The translations under genes and the position numbers were made by a program. Below are positions 1 through 12,910 of a stretch of 64,000 nt of DNA, one piece after another (position 1 is the stretch's first letter; the number at the start of each line of letters is the position of its first letter). The notes under the pieces are model-generated. The model had not been told where the DNA came from. It did no database searches and worked only from the letters and a program-made list of their open reading frames with translations. Source of the stretch: the human T2T-CHM13v2.0 reference genome, Homo sapiens. The stretch is from the NCBI RefSeq assembly GCF_009914755.1, contig NC_060928.1. One strand, 5' to 3'.

Positions 1-1086
1 TTTGCCCACTTTGTTTATATTTCATAATTTTTAGCAAAACTAGTGACCAGTCTAACCTACTAAAATATAAGTTTATAACAATTACCTAAGAACTCTCCTG
101 CCACTGTGTGAAATAAATACGTATCACTGAGACTTTAGTGGATATAAAAAAATGCTCTTTAGCCTTGCACCTTTCTTAATGTAAAAAAAATTTGAGACTT
201 TCCACAACTTAAACCCACTTTCAGACTTACAAAAGCCATTTTTTGTCCCTCTAGAAAAGTAGTATACAACAAAACTACAATAAACAGCTTTTGGCTTTGA
301 TTTTTATTAAAATGGAAGCATAATCAAAAGACTCCCTTGGGGTCAGAAATAATTCTTTTCATAATCCACAATAATCATTTTTCTGTCTGATCTAACTGCC
401 TTGATCATTAGAAAGAAATTGTAAAATGTGAGACAAAAGTAGATATTTATTTTTAGGGTTCCAATCTACATAAATGCTTCTGTGTTAAATTTCTTTTGTC
501 TAATGCACAAGTAGGACAGCAAGAAGTACTTCTATAAATAACTGATAATTTTAAATAATTTTACATGTGTTCTAGAAGAATAAAAATAGTTTGCTTTTAA
601 AATGATAATCTTTCAAGAAAGGACTTTAAATACACTCAAGTGATTTTTTTAATGCAACTTCAGAAAGCAATTCAGAATCCCAGGAAAGAGAATTCATGGA
701 GCTCCTAGGGTGGAATCCCAGATATGACACCTCTGGTTTCCACCTGGACAGTTCCATTAACACATTTGAAACACAGGTGCCTCCTGAGATTCAGCACTCT
801 GTTTTGTCTCACTGACTTCATCTTTTCCATTTGACCGTCATCCTTTGAGATCCAGGCCTGGGATGTGTCCAAACGACAACATAATATTACTTACATTAAC
901 TATGACACAAGAATGTGCTCTAAAGAAATTAAAATGTGTAATTTTAACACATTTAAACAAATGTATTATATCCAAAGGATTTAGAAAAAAACTTAAAATT
1001 ATAAAGTCTAACAGCTCAAAATTAAAGCAAGCAGCATCCCAGGCAAGCAAGTTTGTGTATATGACTAAACTGGGCAAGTGACTCAC

Positions 1087-1166
1087 CCAGAAGGCAGAAA
1101 ACGTCAGGCGTGTTAGAAGAGAAAAGAAAAGGCTGCTTCATGGTATTAGCTGGATCAGTAAGAAAC
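1087..1166 (-). other. Candidate spliced exon (80 nt) of an unidentified minus-strand transcript
   Basis: Acceptor ctgctttcccttatatcactgcag|G and donor TGG|gtgagt, in sequence I could not assign to a repeat. Confidence 0.35.
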
Positions 1167-1752
1167 CTGCAGTGATATAAGGGAAAGCAGATGGTACACA
1201 CTGGCTACACCAACAACAGCAAAACAACATCTAAAAGCCACACTCCTACTGCCTTTTTTCCCTTCCTTTCTCCATTCAGTCCAGATCATCTAGGCATTTT
1301 CTCCTACCACTGAGACAAAAACACAAGGTTTTTAGAACAGTTTACAATGCTTCTCTCCCCTGTTTACAATAAAGAGTGAGAAATTTTTAGTAGAATATGT
1401 GTTCTTACAACTAGAAAACTAATGTTTATTTTCAAATGAATTTACAAGTTTTAGTGAATAATGATAAGCAAAATCTGTGGTATAGTATGTCACTTGACCT
1501 AATATAAATCGTTACGTGCTCTTAAAACTTTCCTTGTGGGACTATCCATTAGGGTAGCTTGATTTTAACCTCTCCCTTGTGTGAATGAGAAGTCAAAACT
1601 TTTTAAACCTCCTCTAACAATAATCTAGTCATCCTGTATCCGGGCCTGGCATACACAGAAAAATGATAGCATTGCAAAATAATGACCTATGCTTTGAATG
1701 TCCTTATTGTGTTTTCCCTCCAAGATTCTGCCTCTCTCAAATACCTCTGAAA

Positions 1753-1754
<2 letters not shown>

Positions 1755-1803
<49 letters not shown>
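1755..1803 (+). repeat. Pure poly(A) tract, 49 nt
   Basis: Uninterrupted A run read directly; no Alu or L1 3' end immediately upstream. Confidence 0.97.
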
Positions 1804-1807
<4 letters not shown>

Positions 1808-2029
1808 TGGAAGTGTAGAAAAAGAGTAAAATATCTGCAGTATTAATGCATGCTTAAAGAGTTTACACATGTAAAAAAAGTTTAAACATGTGTATAGTAG
1901 AAATGTCTACATGACTTTATTATGTTTCTGTTTATCCAATTCCACACATGATTCAAATCACAGACCTACTATGAAGGGCAGATGGAAAGTCAACAAGAGG
2001 TTAGGTGATTTTTTATTGTCATGGCAGAT

Positions 2030-3371
2030 GGTAAAGCAATAAATGAAGTTAGAGTGTTTTAAGGTCCTAGTAATATTAGAGTAATAATAATAATTTATAG
2101 GAAATACCATTAAATCAAAAATGTATATTGTGACCTCTAAAATACCCAGAAAAGGAATAATAAGAAATGCATGATTAACAGGCTAATTTTGTGGATAGAT
2201 GGAGAAAGATTAAATAATAAAATATTTGCATTTGGTTAATTCAAAGAAGACAAGAAAGAAGAGAAATGAATAATAGATAAAATATGAGACTAATAGGAAG
2301 AAAAGTAATTTATAACTTTAAACAGAAATATATCTGCAATTATATTAATATAAAATAAACTATTTCACCTAAAAGAAAAATAATTAGGCTATATTAAAGA
2401 AATAAATATAAGCTATTTATGAAGTATATCTTAAATATAAGGCTACATAAAGTTTGAAAGTAAAAGTAAAAAGAAAGGCTCTAAGTAAAAGAAAAATGTT
2501 TATAGTTTTACTAATATCAAACAAAGTGGACACTGAGAGATAAAGAAAGAAATTTTAAAATTTTTATAAAGTGGTTAATCTGCTTGGAAAATATAAAAAT
2601 TCTAAATCTTTATTAATCTAATGATTTAGCTTCAAAGTGTATTAGGCAAAAGTAAACAAAACCGAAAGTAGAAATATATAAACCCTCAATTATTATAAGA
2701 ACTCACATATTTTTCTCAGTAAGTAAACTGATAAAATATCAATAAGCATAGAAAAAAATGACAATAACAAATCTGGCCTAATTGATGGATATGGAATACT
2801 ATACACCACAGAAGGACACTGCAACTTTTCAAAAAAACATTTATCAAAATTAACTATATGCTGGGGTCACAAAACAAGTCTGAACAAATTTCAAAAGATT
2901 TATATCTTTCAGATAAGGATCTCTGACCACAACAGAACTGCAATACAAGAAAATCCCCAACTTCTAAAAAGCAGTCAAATGAAAAATCACAATGAAAAGT
3001 AGAGAGTATTTTGAACTAATTGATAATAAAAATACAACATGTTAAAGCTTGAGAGATACAGCTAAATCTGTGCTTAGAGGATAATTTATATCTTTAAATG
3101 CATACAATCACAAAAGAGTGAAAATTAAGGATCTATGTATTCATCTCTAGAAATCAAAACACAAATAGCAAATTAAAAACATAGCTTACACAAACTCTCC
3201 TAGATACTAAAGAAATAATTCCCAACTCATTGTATGAAACTGGCATAACCTTGACACAAAAATCTGATAAGGACATTACAAGAAAGGTATTCAAAGACCA
3301 CTGTCATATCGTGAATATAGATGAGAAAAAAGATCCTTAAAAAAAAATTAGTGAATCAAAGCCAGTTATAT
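2030..3371 (+). mobile_element. Old degenerate LINE-1 (L1M-type), ORF2 endonuclease-to-RT region fragment
   Basis: A-rich sequence with decayed ORF2 motifs, e.g. 'cccaactcattgtatgaaactggcataaccttgacacaaaaatctgataaggacattaca' and 'ctctgaccacaacag'. No intact frame; boundaries approximate. Confidence 0.75.
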
Positions 3372-3389
3372 AAAATAAATTAAAATCTT

Positions 3390-6129
3390 TTTTTAAATTA
3401 TTCAGCTTTTATTTTAATATAGAGGGCACATGTGTAGGATTGTTACATGGCTATACTGGACCCAGTAGTAAGCACAGTGCCCAATAGATAGATTTTTAAC
3501 CCAAGCTCCCCTTCCTCCCTCTCCCTTTAGTAGTTCACAGTGTCTATTGTTGTCATATTTGTGTCCATGTGTGTTCAATATTTAATTCCCATTTACTAGT
3601 GATAACATGTGATATTTGGTTTTCTATTCCTATATTAATTTGCTTAGGATTATGTCCTCCAGCTCCATACTTTGTTGCTGCAAAGAACATTATTTCATTT
3701 TCTTTAATGGCTGTGTAGTATTTCATGGTGTAAATATACCACATTTTTCTTATCCAGTCTACCATTGATGGGCACCTGAGTTGATTCTGTGTTTTTGCTA
3801 TTGTGAGTAGCACTGTGATGAACATATGTGTGCATGTGTCTTTTTGGTATAATAATTTATATTCCTTTGGCTATATACCCAGTAATAGGATTGCTGGATC
3901 AAATGGTAGCTCTGTTTTAAGTTCTTTGGGAAATTTCCAAACCACTTTCCACAGAGGCTGAACTAATTAATATTTCCCGCAATGGTGTATAAGCATTCCT
4001 CTTTCTCTGCAGCCTCACCAGCATCTGTTTTTTTCTTGACTCTTTAATAATAGCCTTTTTGACTGATGTAAGATGGCATCTCATTGCGGTTTTTATTTCA
4101 ATTGTTCTGATGGTTAGTGATGATGACCACTTTTTTATGTGTTTGTTGGCTACCTGTATGTCTTCTTTTGAGAAATGTCTGCTCATGTACTTTGTCCACT
4201 TTTTAATGAAGTTATTTGTATTTTGCTTGTTTGTTTGTATTTTGTTTGATTTGTTAAAGTTCTTTATAGATTCTGAATATTAGAGCTTTGCCAGATGCAT
4301 AGTTTGTGAATATTTTCTGTCATTCTGTAGGTTGTCTATTTACCCTGTTGATAGTTTCTTTTGCTGTGCAGAAGCTACTGAATTTAATTAGGTCTCACTT
4401 GTTAATTCTTGTTTTTATTGCAATTGGTTTTGGGGACTTGGCCATAAATTATTTGTCAAGACTGGTGTGAGAAAGGTAATCACTGGTGTAAGAAAGGTAT
4501 TCCTAGATTTTCTTCTATGATTTTTATAATTTGAGGTCTTACATTTAAATCTTTAGTCCATCTCGAGTTAATTTTTACATATGGTGAAAGATATTCTGCA
4601 TATGGGTAGCCAGCTATCTCAGCACCATTTATTGAATCAGGAGTCCTTTCCTCATTGCTTATTTTTATCGGCCTTGTCAAAGATTAGATGGTTGTAAGTG
4701 TGTGGCTTTATTTCTGAATTTTCTATTCTGTGCCATTGATCTACATGTCTGTTTTTGTACCAGTACCATGCTGTTTTGGTTACTGTAGGCTCATAGTATA
4801 ATTCAATGTCGGTAGTGTGATGCCTCCTGCTTTTTTCTTTTTGCCTAGAATTGTTTCAGCTATTCAGGTTCTTTTTTGTTTCCATATGAATTTTAGAATA
4901 GTTTTTTCTAATTCTGCAAAAAAAATGACATTGGTCGTTTGATAGAAATAGTGTTAAATCTGTAAACTGTTTTGTGCAATATGGCTATTTTAATGATATT
5001 AATCCTTCCAATCCATGAGCATGGGATGTTTTTCCATTTATTTGTGTTTTCTCTGATTTCCTTCAACAGTGTACTATAGTTCTTAAAGAGATCTCTTATG
5101 TATTTTTTTAGGTGTATTCCTCAGTATTTTGTTTTCTTTGTGGCTATTGTAACGGGGATTGTTCTTGATTTGACTCTTGACCCGGACATTGTTGGTATAT
5201 AGAAATGCTACTAATTTTTGTGTATTGATTTTGCATTTTGAATCCTTGCTGAAATCATGTTTCAATTATTGTAGCCTTTAGGCAGAATCTTTAGGGTTTT
5301 CTAAGTATAAAATCATATTGTCAGCAAAGAAAGTTTGACTTCCTTTCCTATTTGGATGCCTTTTATTTCTTTCTCTTGCCTGATTCCTCTGGTTAGGACT
5401 TCCAGTACTATGTTGAATAAGAGTGGTGAGAGTGGGCGTCCTTGCCTTGTTCCTGTTCTCAAGGGGAATGGTTCCAGCTCTTGTCTGTTCAACATGATGT
5501 TTGCTGTGGGTTTCTCATAGATGGCTCTTATTATTTTAAGGTACATTCCTTCAATGCCTAGTCAGTTGAGGATATTTATCATGAAGGAGTGTTGGATTTT
5601 ATCAACAGCTTTATCTGCATCTATTGAGACGATCATATGGCTTTTGCTTTTAATTTTCTTTATGTAGTGAATCACATATATTGATTTGTGTTATGCTGAA
5701 CCAAACTTGTATCTCAGTAATAAAGCGTACTTGATCATGGTGAATTAGCTTTTTGGTGTGCTGCTATGTTTATTTGATAGTATTTTGTGGAGGATTTTTG
5801 TGTCTATGTTTATCAGGGATATAGACCTGAAGTTTTCTTTCTTCACCATGTCTCTGCCAGATTTTGATATTAACATGATGCTGGTTTCATAGAATGAGTC
5901 ACAGAGGAGTCCCTCACCCTTGATTTTTTGGAATAGTTTCAGTAGGATTACTATCAGTTATTCTTCATATATCTGGTAGAATTTGGCTGTAAATCTACGT
6001 GGTCTCGGGCTTTTTTTGATTGGAAGTTATCTTGTTACTGATTCAATTTCAGAGCTTGACATTGGTCTATTAAAGGTTTCAATCTCCTGATTAAATCTTG
6101 GAAGATTTTGTGTTTCCATGAGTTTATCC
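3390..6129 (-). mobile_element. 5'-truncated LINE-1, L1PA15/L1PA16-like, with 18-bp TSD
   Basis: Minus-strand ORF2 peptides ([42 protein letters not shown]; [16 protein letters not shown]; CPSMVDWIRKMWYIYTMKYY) and L1PA-type 3'UTR from 3390. TSD AAAATAAATTAAAATCTT (3372-3389) / AAAATGAATTAAAATCTT (6130-6147); TT|AAGA endonuclease site on the minus strand. Confidence 0.92.
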
Positions 6130-6919
6130 AAAATGAATTAAAATCTTAATACTTACACTGACAGTTTAATATACCTGAGAAATTAATGGCCTCTGAGAAA
6201 TTTGAAAAAATAATGTTTGTGTAAAATGATTATCGAGCCCAATTCAAAAAAGGGATTTAAGTATAACTTGATAGTTTACATTTATAAATTAAATAATAGA
6301 GACTCTCAAAAAAAGAAAAATCTACACAAATACTATTACTGTTTTGGCCATAAAATATGCAGCTTATTCCCTGATGTAGCTTTATTCACTTCTCCATTTT
6401 TGTGACTCTGATACATGAAAGAGTACTTACATAATAAAATAGGAGTTCCCAAAATGTATTCTGTAGCATTCCAGTGCAAGTTTTAAAAATTATGGAGAGA
6501 AACTTTTTTAAAAAAATTAAAACCACCTTATTGTTAAATACAATTGACTAACAATGAGCTAAATACAATTAATTCATTTCTTTAAAAAGAAAACTGGACT
6601 ACATCTTAAAACTTGATATGCTAACATGTGTTCTAACACCCAAAGAGAAAAACATCTACTTAGACTTTCCCAAGTTTATTTGATCATAGGCCCACCATCT
6701 CCCTTTCCTTGTTATGAAGGAATACACGTCGAGTAATTCTGTGTTAAATAAATTTTAAGTAAATCTGAGGATTTGAAAACCTCTTGAGGCTCGAAAGCCA
6801 AGCACTATACAAAAGCCCATTATACAAATGAGGAAACTAAAGCTCATAAAAATCAGATTTGCCTAAAACCACAGGTCAGGCAGGTTGAAGAAAATCTGCA
6901 TATTTTATTTTCAATGTCT

Positions 6920-7056
6920 TATTTAGCCCATATATATATATGTCATAAATATATATATGTCATAAATATATGTCATAAATATATATATATTTAGCCCATA
7001 AATATATGTCATAAATATATATATATTTAGTCCATATATATATATATGTCATAAAT
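6920..7056. repeat. Compound (TA)n / TGTCATAAA / TTTAGCCCA tandem repeat
   Basis: Variable TA runs interleaved with five GTCATAAA and three TTTAG(C/T)CCA motifs. Confidence 0.9.
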
Positions 7057-7379
7057 GCTGTTTTCTCCATTTAGACTATCTTAACTTTTTTGTATTCATT
7101 TCCTTCTGCCTTTTGACTACATATATCTGCTTGCTGATTTCAAACTGTGACTCGTAAGTCCACGTCTTTTGTTCCTTTTCCCAGGCTAGTAAGAATTTGG
7201 TAGCTTATTTTCACAATTCTTTAATCTGGAGGGTACTCCAAAGCCAGGTTTCTAAACTCACGCAGCAGATCCCTTTATTTCATAGTTAGGGGAAATAGAG
7301 ATCATAAGGGGCAAGTAACTTCAGACATCCTCTCTACCTCAAAGTATTCTAAAAATTTACTCATGTTGTTTTCTTTACT

Positions 7380-8720
7380 GGCTTTCTCAAAGAAAACACT
7401 TCACTCTCTTTGCCAATAATTAATTCTCTATTATTATTGGCACACTCTAATTCTCTTAGAAAAATGATCAGTATTTCCTACCTTCTATTTCTCACTTCCC
7501 TTCACTCTTTCATTTATTGTAATCTAACCTTTCACTCTGATCACTGCACTAAAAATGTTCTCGAAAAAGCCCTCCTATTATCTCAAAATTGTGAAGTCCA
7601 AGGACCTTTTAACAGTCCTTATCCTTCTTGACCTCAGAGTCCAATTTGCTTGAACTGACCATCCTCTCTTTAAAACTTTCTTCTTCCTTATCTCCCATTT
7701 TACCTCTTTCAGAGCTTTACTAATCCTTTGATTACGCTTGGTCTTTTTAACCCACAAGTTGTCCCACTTTGCTACTAAAATACTGGTGTCTCCTAGGGTT
7801 TTATGGCTATCCATCTTCTCTTCCCTCTCTCTTCTTATGTAAAGTAATCTTAACATTCACTAAAATTCAACTATCAACTGCATAGTTAGGATTCTCAAAT
7901 TTACATCTTTAGGCCTTGCCAGTCTTCCAAGTATCAAAGACATCTTCCTAAATGACTGCTTGATCTAAATATTCCGCTGTACCTCCAACTTATCCTGTTC
8001 AAAGTTGAATTCCTTATCTTCCCTGTAAGCCTACTTCTCCACCTGTTTTTCTATATCGTTATAAATTACCATTTACTCAGTCACCATAGATAAAAATCCA
8101 CCATTTACAAATTCTCTCTTGTCTTAATCTCTAATATCAAATACAGCATTTGAATCTGATTTTCTTAAGCCACTTCTTTAAAGGATTCCATTCCGTCTAG
8201 TTTTATTATCCTAGTGAAAAAAAAAAACTCATTATCATGACTATTTTGAGAATATGATGGTCGCCTTGTTTAACTTTCTTTTACAACAAAATTACCCTTT
8301 ATCTTGCTACCAGAGTTATGTCTTTCAATACATATTTCATTATATTCATTTTCCATTTTAAAAACGTGGAGGTTTATTCACAGTCTAGAGTATACAGATC
8401 AAACTCCTCACTATAAAATTTAAAACCATTTGTTGTGTAGCCCCAAATACCTGCCCAGTCTCACTTCTAAATCCTACCTTCATTCATTCCATATTCTAGT
8501 CATGAAAAGAAACTCATACTTGTTTTAAAATATCAGTCATCACCACACTTCTACGACTGCACAAGCAATATCTGGAATGTGTATATGTGTACTTACTATT
8601 CTTTGCTTTTAAAATTCTACTCTTTCTCTGTTCAAGACCTAGTCAAAATGTGCTGAACTTTTTCAAAACCAATCCTGCTCATCTCTTCAATCTTTCCTTG
8701 GCAGAATCACTTGCTTTTTC
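7380..8720 (+). mobile_element. LINE-2 (L2) fragment, RT region to 3' end
   Basis: Pyrimidine-rich decayed L2 ORF2 motifs, e.g. 'cagtccttatccttcttgacctcag' and 'attctcaaatttacatctttaggcctt'. Confidence 0.7.
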
Positions 8721-8799
8721 ATCTAAAATCATGTGGCTATAGTGAGACTTTTCATGTTAAACATAAATGGAGGTGGTGAAAATAAAATGATACATCATC

Positions 8800-8990
8800 T
8801 GTGAAATCAGATATGTCTTAATTTTTAATTCCATATCTTCTTCTTTCAAACTGTGAAACCTTAGAGTGGTTATTTTTCTCTCTGAAAATTTATTTTCTCA
8901 TTTGTCAAAAGAAGGACAACAAATATATCTCAGGGATGTTGAAAATATTAAATAAAGCATAGAGCTTAGAACAAATTATGTGTTTAATTT
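8800..8990 (+). mobile_element. MIR SINE fragment
   Basis: Core-like 'ctgtgaaaccttagagtggttatttttctctctgaaaatttattttctcatttgtcaaaa'. Confidence 0.6.
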
Positions 8991-9014
8991 CATTCACTTC
9001 AATAATAATAAATA

Positions 9015-9287
9015 GGCCTGGTGCGGTGGCTTACACCTGTAATCCCAACAGTTTAGGAGGCTGAGGCAGATGGATCACCTGAGATTAGGAGTTCCAGACC
9101 AGCCTGGCCAACATGGTGAAACCTCGTCTTTACTAAAAATACAAAAATTAGCTGGGCATGGTGGCAGGTGCCTGTAATCCCAGCTACTCGGGAGGCTGAG
9201 GCAGAAGACAGAGGTTGCAGTGAGCTGAGATCATGCCATTGCACTCCAGCCTGAGCAACAAGAGCAAGACTTCATCTCAACAATAAT
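9015..9287 (+). mobile_element. AluS (Sq-like) with ~19-nt right-arm deletion
   Basis: GGCC start, dimeric body, 'caacaagagc' Sq/Sp-type end; TSD AATAATAATAAATA at 9001-9014 and 9288-9301. Confidence 0.95.
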
Positions 9288-9309
9288 AATAATAATAAAT
9301 ATACATCTG

Positions 9310-9515
9310 TAAGGTGTATACTAATGTTTTAAATATGTTTATAAGCACTTTACATGTATTAATTCATTCCATCCTCACAACAGCCCTAGATGATTATTAC
9401 TATAATTTTTTTCCATTTTCTACATGATGAATCAGACACTTTAAAAGGTTAATTAACCTGACCAATGTCATAGATATAATACATAGAGAAGCCAGGATTT
9501 CAGCCCAGGCAGTCT
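9310..9515 (-). mobile_element. MIR SINE
   Basis: 'gcactttacatgtattaattcattccatcctcacaacagcccta...gccaggatttcagcccaggcagtct' is the reverse complement of MIR. Confidence 0.8.
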
Positions 9516-11189
9516 TGTTCTACGTCTCCGTCAGGCTGAGAAATACAATCTCGAAACATTTTTGCTGTTCTCCAAGGCTTCTCCCTTTCTGCTTTTTGAT
9601 CGGCTCCAACTCTGCCCCTCTCCTGCCCTCACCAATCTCAAGTGATTCTGGTTATAAGAGTTTCTGTTGTAGCAAGAGGTATTACATCATTGGAAATACA
9701 AATAGATGAAGATTAAATGGACACACAATATTTCTCTTCTTACTTTATTTGCTATGAATAAGTTTTAGAAGAAACCATTAATCCACAATTCCAAGAGTAA
9801 AGTTGAAGAGGTTGTCAATTAAGATATTTATTAAGCCTTACGGGCAGATCAAAAGCAATTGCTTTCTTGGAGATGTGCAGAGAAAAAAAAATATTGAAAG
9901 CCACAAAAGGAATCTAAGAGTTAGAAATGCCAACATGCCTAACAAACTTTCCCTTTGGTATCTACATCCCAAGATAAAATACTCTAAACATTACAGACTC
10001 TGTGGCAAACCTAACAAAGAAATATGATTTGATTTAATATTTTTATGGAGTTTTGGAAAATGTGCATATTGTTCAAAACTCTGCTTTAGTGTCTAGGAAC
10101 AAAAGAAAAAGTGAGACATTTGTGACTCACTGACCTAAAATTGTTTCAATCAATATAATGATCACAAAGGCTAAGGATATATCTAGAGGTGTAGCCTAGC
10201 AGATATCAGCATTCAGCACCTTATGCGTATTGATTGTATGGAAAATAAACTTGCATATTTTGCTAACCTAGGTCAAAGGAAAAAATATTTTTTGCAGTAA
10301 GACATAGTATTATTTATAACAAACTTCTAAAGAGCTATAGTTTTTAGCAAAGTCAATCAGAATTTGTTACCTTTAGTTGAAAATGTATAAGGAAAAAAAT
10401 AGTAAATTCTTACCAGAAATCAAGGTTGAAAAATAGATGACCACTGTGTTCACAGTAGTACTCTCACAGCAGCATATTTTTCATCTTGTATTGTTAACAC
10501 TGTGCAACAAAAACTGTCAGACTATAGGGAAAATTAATAGCTGGACCTATGCTATGGGAGAAGAAAAATGCTTATAACTTGGCCAAAATATTCACATAAA
10601 CTCCCTTGGTCTATATTTAATCAATGTCATTTTCCAGCATAAGAAATCTTCATCTTTATTTACAGCTTCTACCTTGGTTGTGCAGAATGTTCATGATCTG
10701 TTTCACTTGGAATGCTTTCAAAATGCTTTTTTCAGAAAATAAGGTTTTCAATGTCATTCTATAGTAAGAGTCTTCCCTCTAGTAACAAAGCATCTTTCCA
10801 GAAGTCCCATTAATGTTCAACAATCAAAGTAGCTGTGAGTGGACATTTAAAATAAGAAATCTTATCCCTTACCTGGAGTGTAAAGAAAGTCTACAGGACT
10901 TTCTTCCATTCTGAGTTCATTGGTGGGCCAAACTGATTATTTTATTAAAGTAGCTAATTGTTGTCTTAGAGCTCAAGGAACAGGACCTTGGGGAAATAGA
11001 TCATGGGAACCATAGAATATGAGTTGAATTCTGGGAGCTGGGGATCCAAGACAACAGCAGGAGCCTTAGGTGACTGAGAGTGTGACGAAGGCAAGCCTTG
11101 AACAACAGGCATCTGTCATAGCTGCTGAATCGAGGCCTATAATTCTAAAAAAAGTTCATCTGGCTGATTGGAGAGGATTGTGATTGCAA

Positions 11190-11568
11190 GTCAGAAAAGC
11201 ATGTTCCTGCTTGCCTGAAAGACAGAAACAGCCAAGTTATGAACTGTCTCTGGGAGCTGTGGGCAGCCTCCAGAAAGTAAGAGCAGATTCAAGCCAACAT
11301 CCAGTGAGGAAATGGGGACCTGAGTCTTGCAACCACAAGAAACTGAATTCTGCCAACATGAATGACCTTGGAAATGAGTTTTGGCACATCTTCCAGATAA
11401 GAACGCAGCTTAGCCAACACTTTGATTTCAGCCATGAGAGAACATAAGCAGATAACCCAGCCACTCTGTGTCCTGACTTGATTTACAGAACTGTGAGATA
11501 ACAAATGGATTTTGTTTTAGCTGCTGTATTTGCAGTAAATTTTCCACACGGATATGGAAACTAATACA
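11190..11568 (+). mobile_element. MaLR solo LTR fragment (MLT1E/F-like)
   Basis: 'caaccacaagaaactgaattctgccaac', 'cagaactgtgagataacaaat' and terminal 'ggaaactaataca'. Confidence 0.8.
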
Positions 11569-11875
11569 GTTGAGAAAGTGATGATGATGATAATATTAAG
11601 AAGTAACTGTAAGGAACAGGAAACCCACACATGCTGGCATTAGACTTCAGGAGTAAAGGCAATATCTTATTAGGACTTAAACCCTCTGCAGACATGATAT
11701 TTCAAATAGCAATTTGGCAGAAGGTGACATAAATAAGATAGTACACAGAGGCACAATATAGTTGTGTTATTAAAGTGGACTTTTTGTATGCTGTTATCCC
11801 TGATGCCAAGAAAAAAAGAAATCTACAAACACTGCCTTGACTTTTGTTCCTTGAAACTGAAGAGACGCATTCCAC

Positions 11876-12058
11876 AGAACTGTTCTCTAGCTTTTCTGTG
11901 CATTAGAATTACCTAGGGAGATCTGAATAATCACAGAGTTTAGGGCATTCTCCTTCCAGTAAATCAGAATCCTTGGGAGTAGGACCCAAGCTTAAGTATG
12001 ATCTTATAAACTGCCCCAATTTTTTCATTCAATGAACAGTCCAGTTTAAGAACCAGTG
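11876..12058. mobile_element. MER5A/MER5B-like hAT-Charlie MITE
   Basis: 'tgtgcattagaattacctagggag...aatcagaatcc...tttaagaaccagtg' resembles MER5 ends and interior. Confidence 0.65.
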
Positions 12059-12910
12059 CTAAAAAGATCATGTCCCCCAAACTGAGGACTTTTGTTCTAC
12101 TTTAATTTGCGGTGGAAACTCAACTGAAAATTATTACTGAATTTTCATTCAGAAAATAATAATAGCTAATATCTGACAAGTACTTACTATCTATGTGTTT
12201 TTAAGTTTTATCCAACAAATGAATTAATAACTTGCTCAAAGACACACACCAAGTGCATACTCAAGAATGTAACAGCAGTTGCTGCGCCCACAGTCCCCAT
12301 GCTAAATCTCTTTTCTGTAATGCTTGTGTTTATCCAGACTGTTATGTTTTCCCTTATCACCTGCGATGAAAAGCAAATGGCATTTTCTGTAGCAATTTTT
12401 TTTCTCTCAGTCATGTTTCCCCAAATATGTGAAACAAAGCTATTTAGACTTTTCCTAAAAGATTAAATGCTAAAATAAACCTTCCTGACTCTTTAATAAC
12501 TATTTGATACAAAGGTACCCGTTACCCACTTAGGGCCTATAATTAGAAGGGCATCTCTTCTTTCCAAGGGTAAGTCAAAATCTATAAAAGATATTCAAAC
12601 AATATATAATATGTTTCTCAAGAAAATTATATAAGAAAGCTTCTGTGATTATCAAATGAAAGAGAGTACAGAGAAGTTAACATAACTGATTATTGGATGG
12701 TAGAAGGAGAATTGCCCTCATATCCCTTCACTTTTGAGAAAAATCAGTGATGATCTACATAAGCGTTGTTCATTCTGTTACACAATGGCCGGATTGAAAC
12801 TCTTTTAAAGACAGATTTGTATTTATAAAATTTCCAGTAGAAGTGTCGATTTCTGGGCTTAATTCATCAAACATCTTATGGTGTATGGGCACCTTAGGGA
12901 GGAATAGCTT

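Noticed and set aside
4461-4502. Small tandem duplications (21 bp here, 16 bp at 15229-15260, 10 bp at ~56823-56843)
   Set aside because: Ordinary slippage events with no further structure.
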